Origin: Asterionella formosa
Lineage: Eukaryota
DNA: 32,552 nucleotides
NCBI GenBank assembly: GCA_002256025.1
Contig: NKIB01000439.1
Location: 1-32,552, forward strand
Reading direction: 5' to 3'
A program made the position numbers and the translations under genes. The notes under the pieces are model-generated. The model was not told the DNA's origin and made no database searches. It saw only the letters and a program-made list of their open reading frames with translations. This document shows, one piece after another, positions 25,586 through 32,552 of this stretch. Each line of letters begins with the position of its first letter. Position 1 is the first letter of the stretch.

Positions 25586-25875
25586 GTACCCCCAGTATAT
25601 CACTTCCTACCTGCTACTGGCACTCTGTATCTATATGATAAAATGTTATTGTCATATGATGTACCGGTACACATGAAGAACTCCCGCCCAAAAAAGGGGC
25701 TTAAATAATTTGCTACAAAAATCCTTGTGTATAAATAATGATATAAATGGGTTATGACTTACACCAATTGAATGGTCTAAATAATTAGTTCCAACGGACG
25801 TAGAAAATATTGATGCAAACTGAAAAGAGGAAGAAAAGGGCGAGATAGGAATATACATTGAGACAAGTCTACAAG

Positions 25876-26315
25876 TTATGTTAAAGTCTCATCCTCCAAT
25901 AAAGGAATTTCGAGCTCAGAATATCGTGGATACAAGTTTTGCAGCTGTATCATATGCAGCTCGAGCTACTATTAATAGTAGTACATTGCGTATTTCACCA
26001 GGAACATGGGTTTTCCAACGTGATATGATATGATATATTCCTTTGATTTCATATTTGCAATTAATATTGGGATATCAATGTCGACAAGTGATAATTGATA
26101 AATTTCTACATCATGCTAATTTCCGTCGTCGTTCCTGTGATTACAAAGTTCGCGACGAGATTTTCCTATTGGATAATCCTACTACCTTGGATGACCATGG
26201 ATGAGGTCCTTATTCTATTATTCAAGTACATGCCAATGTTACATTTTCTTTTCAACAAACCATGCATACTACGGAACGAATTAATATTCATTGCATCAAA
26301 CCTTTTCAAAGGTAA
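25876..26315 (+). pseudogene. Ty3/Gypsy pol remnant: integrase C-terminus with GPY/F motif
   Basis: HPP…AQNIVDTSFAAVSYAARATI..TLRISPGTWVFQRDMI*.IP…RQVIIDK.L..AN.RRRSCDYKV.DEI…GPYSIIQVHAN.T…ERINIHCIKPF*. Confidence 0.88.
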
Positions 26316-26328
26316 CAGGTTTTCCCTT

Positions 26329-26535
26329 GGTGTGGGAGAGTGAGCAATCTTGCGCATCAATACAGATGTATATAGGGTTAGTGTTATATCATATATATCA
26401 GAATTAAATAATGAGAGAACTCGACTACCGTCATTGTATACTTTGGTGTCGACTTAGAGAACGAGTTGCACACAAGGATTAACTAATAAGCTCACATATT
26501 CAACAAATACTAATACTTCTAGTTGGATACTTCAC
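26329..26535 (+). mobile_element. Polypurine tract (…GGGAGAG, to 26340) plus truncated 3' LTR (26341-26535)
   Basis: The PPT sits directly before TGAGCAAT, downstream of the integrase stop; the LTR is homologous to copies A and B. Confidence 0.85.
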
Positions 26536-26564
26536 CTGGTACCATACTTTTTACCGGTACACCT

Positions 26565-26799
26565 TGAGCAACCCACGCATCGATACAGATGTATATAGGG
26601 TTAGAGTTATGCCTTATATGTCAGAACTCAATATTGAGAGAACTCGACTAACACCTATTGTATACTTTGGTGTCAATTAAGAGATTGAGTTGTACATCAA
26701 GATTAACTAATAAGCTCATATATTCAACAATGCTCCTACTTCTAGTTAGATAGTACTTCACTTTGAATTCAAAACGAGTCCAATTAGTAGAACAGAACA
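26565..26799 (+). mobile_element. Gypsy LTR copy B, in tandem with the truncated 3' LTR
   Basis: TGAGCAAC…GAACA, colinear with copy A through gagtccaattag. Confidence 0.8.
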
Positions 26800-26802
26800 A
26801 AC

Positions 26803-27780
26803 ATGACAATGAATTCAAGGATTCCTGTCATTCCTTTGATCAAAGATTACAATGTAATACCCATCAAGACTAAGGCATTCTGCGTTGCTTTAACCGGTGG
26901 AAGGTTTGATTTGTTTGATCAAGATATGATTCATGGAAGCTCTGTTGAAGCATTGTTGATTAGAGTTAGTCAATTTCGTGACATGGCTAGTACAACATGT
27001 GCTTTTAGCCCTGCAGATAACTTTTCCTACTTTAAAAGTTGTTTGACCGACATTGCCTTCTCGAATTGGTTAAATGTGGAAGTTACAATCAGAAGATCAA
27101 TCCTATGATAGTTTTGATGAGGCGATAGACTGTTGACCGGCAGACGACTCTTTGGTAGCTGTGCCTTCAACCAAGAATCTGTTGTTGAATACCTACAGAC
27201 AACAATTCTGGGGCGATCAAATATTCTTTGCTGCTGATTTATCTTAGAGACTGACACAAGAAGGGAAACAGCGGGTTTCCAGTGATTACAAAAAACTTGG
27301 CTCAACAAACGAAAATGATTGCATATAGAGTGATAAGCCATGTACACCACTAAGCGCAAAGATTTATATTTGCATCTTTAACATCTGCCTTGGAAGAGCT
27401 GACTAGAAATATGAAAGCTGATAATATTCCTATCTAATGACAACTGTTAGATGTCACTAATCCTAGCTATTACTAATTAGAATCTCCATGCTTTGCATTT
27501 TTGATTCATCCAGAACCTTTGTCCTTAATACTAGGCATTGTTGTCAGAAAGCTAGAAATAATTCCATGGTAAAATGCAAATGCACATACATGTTTACACC
27601 AGGCGTTTGCTTAATTTGTGTGACAATGGCAATATATGAGGCCCTCATTGCCCATTGCTTTCTTGCTGGTAATAGAAATGGGTCCAATCTACACATTTCC
27701 AAAATGCCTAAAAACTTAGTTAGAGCAACATCATCACTTTCATTCATGGACACAATAAAACCGAAGGGGTGAAGTACTGC
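26803..27780 (+). pseudogene. Chimeric relic: unknown-family ORF (26803 to about 27130) followed by MULE transposase core and SWIM finger fragments
   Basis: SLVAVPSTKNLLLNTYRQQ.WG..IFFAADLS*RLTQEG..GFPV…QQTKMIAY.VIS resembles the MULE first-Asp region; VKCKCTYMFTPGVC resembles a SWIM finger. Confidence 0.65.
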
Positions 27781-28071
27781 AGTTCCCATAATTCACAGGT
27801 GATGAAGTGAAATGAATTTCAAGCTGATGCAAATCGAATTTTGTAGACACAAAAAGGCACCATTATAATCACCAGTACACAGAGAATTGTTTTATATGAG
27901 CTACTGATGCTGCCCTGATCAGTAGCAATAACCAATTTGAATTATTCCCACTTACAACTAATCTGAGATATTACGTTACTATTTGAAACTATCCTACTAG
28001 GGTTCATGGCATCACTATGTACCCGGAAAAATAGACAAACATGCAATTGACCTTTACTAGCTTGCAACCCT

Positions 28072-29127
28072 CTAGATCTTTGCCTTTTTTGATAGAGGCT
28101 CATCCATCAGCATCTCCAGCACTTCCTCTTCTTCTGCATCAATACTATGAAGTAAATACTTGGCGTATGGATGCCCAGGTTCATCATTGAAAATGACATG
28201 AAATAAAGCTGCTGGCATACCAATCCTGTCATTCACATAACCTGGATCTCCATGTCGATCAACATCTGTTTCACTAATCCACCCAGTCACTTGCCCTACT
28301 TGTACCACATCGATAGTGCGTCGTGCTGACGGCTTGTGTTGCGAGGTGTATTTCACACGTAACCCAATGAATTCATGATCTGAAGTTCGCCAAGGTGGGT
28401 CACCGGCAGCATCCTCCATGGTTGCTATAAAATCCAGGGCTGACTTTTTGGTACGAAAGTGTTGGCCATCTGGTGAAATTATTGTGTATCTTTTGGCATT
28501 CATTGTTGCCTTCCATCCAGCTGGAAGACCCAATGCTGTAGCCAGTTCTTCAGCTTCCAAATCAGGCGGGGCAAGGCGAATCATTCGTTCTTTGACGTCT
28601 GCTTGGGTCGAGTCATCATCTGTGTAGTGCACTGTGTAACTTAATTTTTGCATTTTGAATTTGGTTAGTTGAGATGTGGCTTCATCAAATGGGTGTGTTT
28701 CTAACGATCGAGTGCAAGCCAAAACATAAAACGAACAACAAAGCCAACTGTATGCTCACATGAAGTCTTGCGCGTATTTCTGACGCTTCATGATCGTCGC
28801 CCCGTACCACAACTTTTTATACCTCACTTGCACGACATCTCCCTTTTGATACTTGGCCTGTTTTGGTAATAAATGTCCCCCATTGTGATCGTACGGTGTC
28901 GACTTCTTCACATCCCATTCCGACGCCACCAATCTGGCAGCGTCATGATTGAACCAGCAATCTACACCCTTCTGTGGATTTCCTGCAAAAATGGTGTCGG
29001 TTTTGTCTGGCGCTCTGACTACGTGCCAGCCCACGGGGTAGCCGAGAGCGACGGCCAAGTATTTTTCGTCTTGTTTGGTTGATGTTGGGAGGGCTTCCTT
29101 GAGAACGGTCGCGATGAATTCGTTCAT
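28072..29127 (-). CDS. Chromatin reader, about 311 aa: degenerate MBD-like / Tudor / MBD-like / Tudor-like. Exons 29127-28760 and 28639-28072; intron 28640-28759
   Basis: Phase-2 splice AT|GTGAGC…CTAAC…AAG|T TAC completes the Tudor domain KYQKGDVVQVRYKKLWYGATI…FIYTVHYTDDD. LGLPAGWKA…YTIISPDGQHFRTKKSALDFI matches the MBD fold pattern, and LGYPVGW repeats it at the N-terminus. The C-terminal IGLRV…GQVTGW…LFHVIF.D…DAEEEEV is Tudor-like. Confidence 0.82.
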
Positions 29128-29898
29128 TGTGGTTGGGGGACGTAAAGGAGCAACAGTGGGGTTTTGATAAAGCAATGAACAAAGTGGAAAGAGGACGTTT
29201 ATATCAGAAGTGCATGCGAAATATTAGGAAGCCGGGATCATGGGGATTCTCAGCCATGAGTAAATGGCGAGGACAAACAAGGCAGACCTATATGCTTTGT
29301 TTGGATAAAATTCATGCACAACCATCACCCCTCCCTTGCAGCACATCCTTAAATCCCCATACCGGTACTTTACACGAAGTTCATGTATATTATAGGACAA
29401 TATTATACCTGGTACCGGGTGCTGTACACATCATGTCGTGTCGATAAATCTTCAAACTGGTGCTGCATGCTGACCCAAGTACTATCTAGGTATTCACTTT
29501 TTATTCGACAGAGAATGCTACCCAGGTACATACGTATGCATCGTAAGTACAGCAGTGAAATAGTGGTTAAAATTCAAAATCTTGACCGTCAGAATTCCTT
29601 GCTACACATGATTCCCAGTCGTTTTTTCGGCATGCTTCGTTTCGTTTCTTGTAGTTATTGTTTTACCGGTCGTACCATGTACCTGGTACCATGATACTGT
29701 GCCTACACACGATGAGGATGCCTACAAAAAATGTTGTTCATATGATAAATACATAGTGCTGTGGTATAGAATGGACACCTTATCTGTATTCCGGCATCAT
29801 TTACATTTATAATAATAGCAACACTTCATTGGCTTCGACGACGCTAGAATAGTGGAGTTTTGACAACCATTTCCGCTTTGTAGTATCGAACAACCATC

Positions 29899-31406
29899 AT
29901 GCTACCTTCTGATACAATCGTAGACGCCATGGAAGTCGAAGAAAGTAAAATGCTGACAGTTGCACCAGACGACGCGGAGGAGAACGAAGACCTGGGCAAT
30001 CTCGCTGAACTAATGGACGACGCTTCCGCCAAAGCTGCTGCCGATCAAATTCCTCTGTTACAGCAAATTTTGGCCGACACTGACCGCTACGGTTCCAAGG
30101 CTACGTCGCTCAAAGAACGCGCCATTTACGATCTCACCAGAGCCTACTGCAGCACCCAGCAATACAAGGCCGTTGTCCACTTGCTCAAGGAAACTCACTT
30201 TTTCGTTCAGGTCACGAAAGCCAAATGCGCCAGAGTGGTTCGCGCAGTCCTAGATATGGTGTGTGTAGAGGCCCCCAATGAATCGGAAATGCAAACGGAG
30301 ATTTGCAAAAATATCATTGATTGGTGCAGACGGGAGAAGCGTACCTTTTTGCGACAACGAGTAGAAGCAAAGTTGGCATCCATTTTGGTAGACCAGAAGG
30401 ACTTTGGGGCTGCCCTGCTGATTGTCGATGAACTCCTTCCAGAACTCAAAAAACTGGACGACAAACAGCTCTTGGTAGAAATTCACCTTTTGGAAGCCAA
30501 AGTGCACTTCGGTCTGCGTAACGTACCCAAGAGCAAGGCAGCACTTACAGCCTCGCGAACGTGTGCCAACAGTATTTATGTCTCTCCATCGCTCCAAGCA
30601 ACGATTGACAACATGAGTGGTGTTTTACATTGCGAAGAAGGGGATTACGATACCGCACATTCTTATTTTTTGGAGGCTTTTGAGCAGTTAGATCAGTTGA
30701 ATGATACAGACAGGGCTGTGCCTTGCTTGAAGTATATGATGCTATGTCGTATATTGGATTCATTGAATAAAGCGCTAAATTTGAGTGCTAAAGGTGGCGT
30801 TGGTGAGTTCTGCCATAACTCAACTTCATTTTATTTTGCGTTGTTTTATGTCATCTGCGTTGTAATGAATTTCTAAACTTTTCTTCTCCCTTAGGAGCCA
30901 AATCAAACAAAGCTGATGTGGACATTTCTGGAATGATTTCGTCACGTCAAGGTGTCAAGTATGCTGGTCAAGACATTGAAGCAATGTCGGCTATTGCGGC
31001 CGCAGCCTCCAGCCGATCTCTCAAGGAATTCGAAGCAGTCCTTGTTCAATATCATGACGAGCTACAGGCGGACTTGCTCATCAGGCATCATCTTAACATT
31101 TTACAAGAACAATTGCTGGAAAGCAACTTAATTCGCATCATTGAACCTTATTCTTGTGTCGAGATTTCTCATATTGCCAAGCTCATGGAAATGGATATTC
31201 TGTCTGTGGAGAAGAAATTGTCTCAAATGATTTTGGATTCCAAATTTCAAGGCATTTTGGATCAAGGCATGGGGCAATTGATTGTCTATGAAGACAGTGA
31301 GAAAGATATGGCCATGGAGAAAGGATTGGAAGTGATTTTGAATATGGACCATATTGTGAGTTCGTTGTTTGAGCGTAGCAAGATGTTGCGAACCATGATG
31401 ATTTAG
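29899..31406 (+). CDS. RPN6: 26S proteasome regulatory subunit RPN6/PSMD11, about 471 aa. Exons 29899-30802 and 30895-31406
   Basis: Conserved motifs KAKCARVVR, WCRREKRTFLRQRVEAKL, ELKKLDDKQLLVEIHLLE, KSKAALTASRT.ANSIY, DYDTAHSYFLEAFE, LKYMMLC and PCI domain NLIRIIEPYS.VEI…VEKKLSQMILD..FQGILDQG. GTGAGT…TAG phase-1 intron at 30803-30894. Confidence 0.97.
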
Positions 31407-31979
31407 GGGATGATGAAAGGCTAATGACAACGCATACCCGCACTTGATTTTGAGTTACACAGATGCTGGTCGTATAATTTCATTTACTTTATTCCAAATA
31501 GATGACAATATGACCTATGTTTCCGGCATTCATCATTGTAGACCTGCTCTGTTTTGGTACCAGGTAGTACATATGTAGTGAACATACCGGTTCTACCAGT
31601 ACCAGTAAATTCCACATTATTAACTGATATGGCGACCATGGTACTGGTACTACGGTAGATGCCAGAGCATATTGGTATACTCTACTGTCTACTGGTACCA
31701 GAGTACCTGGAAGGTCTGGTAGCGCATGTTTTATGCACCTTTTTCAGTTTCGACTCACTCCCAACAATTTGTCAGATGCCTGCCGGATGAGATAGGCCAG
31801 CTTTCGATGGAAATAATATTCCTGAAGTAATTTAGGAAAACGTTACTCTTATTGGCCAATGACGATTTGCTGAGTCTATCCTGAACATGACTCGGATTTG
31901 CTGACTGATGAATGGCTGGGTTGTTCAGCAAACTGTCTTCTAGGTTCAGAACCAAATAGGAATCCTTCCTTTCTACATT

Positions 31980-32090
31980 TAGAACTTGCTGAAAATGACT
32001 AGAATATGCTGACAACGACTAGAATATGCTGACAACAACTAGAATTGCTGATTACGACTAGAACTTGCTGACAACTACTAGAACTTATGA
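31980..32090. repeat. 20-bp minisatellite, about 5.5 copies
   Basis: Consecutive tagaa(ta/ct)tgctgacaacgac units. Confidence 0.92.
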
Positions 32091-32288
32091 ATAAGAATAA
32101 ATTTTCTGAATGAACCTTTGCCTATGAAGTATATACATGAAAAGAAACAACTACTACCCCCTGATAGCCTTGCAAATACTATAAAAGCATATGTAACGTT
32201 ATATTCGGGGTACCCGAGGTAGCCCATGTATGTAGACACTTGCATATAATTATTTAGCTTAGATTTTGCGATTTGTTTCTTTATATTA

Positions 32289-32552
32289 CATCTAAGCCGC
32301 GTATTACGTGAAGTGACCATCACGTAAATAAGCCTAGTTGATTTTGAATGGATCACATGAATTAGTTGAATACATCAAAATGCTTACTTGAATATATCTA
32401 TATATTATCTGAATACGTCACGTTCATTATTTGATCAGAGTATCATGCTTGCATTCCTGATCATCACTATATTACGTGATCACCTTCACATAATTATTTG
32501 AAATACTTCACATAATTATTTGAAATACTTCAATTAATTCTGTAATTCAGTT
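32289..32552. mobile_element. End of a second copy of the CATCTAAGCCGC TIR element family, running off the window
   Basis: Starts CATCTAAGCCGC, identical to 7273-7284. Its reverse complement aligns with 10585-10802 (e.g. gtattcagataatatatagatatattcaagtaagcattt). Contains a 22-bp local duplication near 32484-32532. Confidence 0.85.

Noticed and set aside
31980..32090. Telomeric repeat or CRISPR
   Set aside because: Contiguous 20-bp minisatellite with no spacers and no telomere-type G-rich unit.
10585..32552. Inverted repeat 10585-10802 / 32289-32552 as the TIRs of one giant element capturing E2F and RPN6
   Set aside because: The termini face away from the intervening DNA. 10802 is the right end of the 7273 element (with its TSD) and 32289 begins a separate copy.

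Overview
This is eukaryotic nuclear DNA with GT-AG introns. It is probably from a diatom or related stramenopile, inferred from the gene style and TE types; the species cannot be named from the sequence. There are four intact intron-containing genes: a Tudor-like/AT-hook plus divergent SRA-YDG protein (661-3989, -), an E2F transcription factor (14521-17761, -), an MBD-like/Tudor four-module chromatin reader (28072-29127, -) and proteasome lid subunit RPN6 (29899-31406, +). Between them lie two CpG-poor blocks of decayed transposons. In the first, a Ginger/KRBA2-type integrase with Ulp1 and CXC domains is split by a 3.5-kb element with CATCTAAGCCGC termini and a 2-bp TSD; a second copy of that element starts at 32289. 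Also present are a PF20700-type transposase relic, a Gypsy integrase end with PPT, three related LTRs, a MULE/SWIM relic, a second Ulp1 relic and several tandem repeats. Clusters of palindromic (T)ACCAGGTACCTGGT(A)-type motifs sit next to host genes. All domain calls come from motifs recognised by eye, not from database searches.
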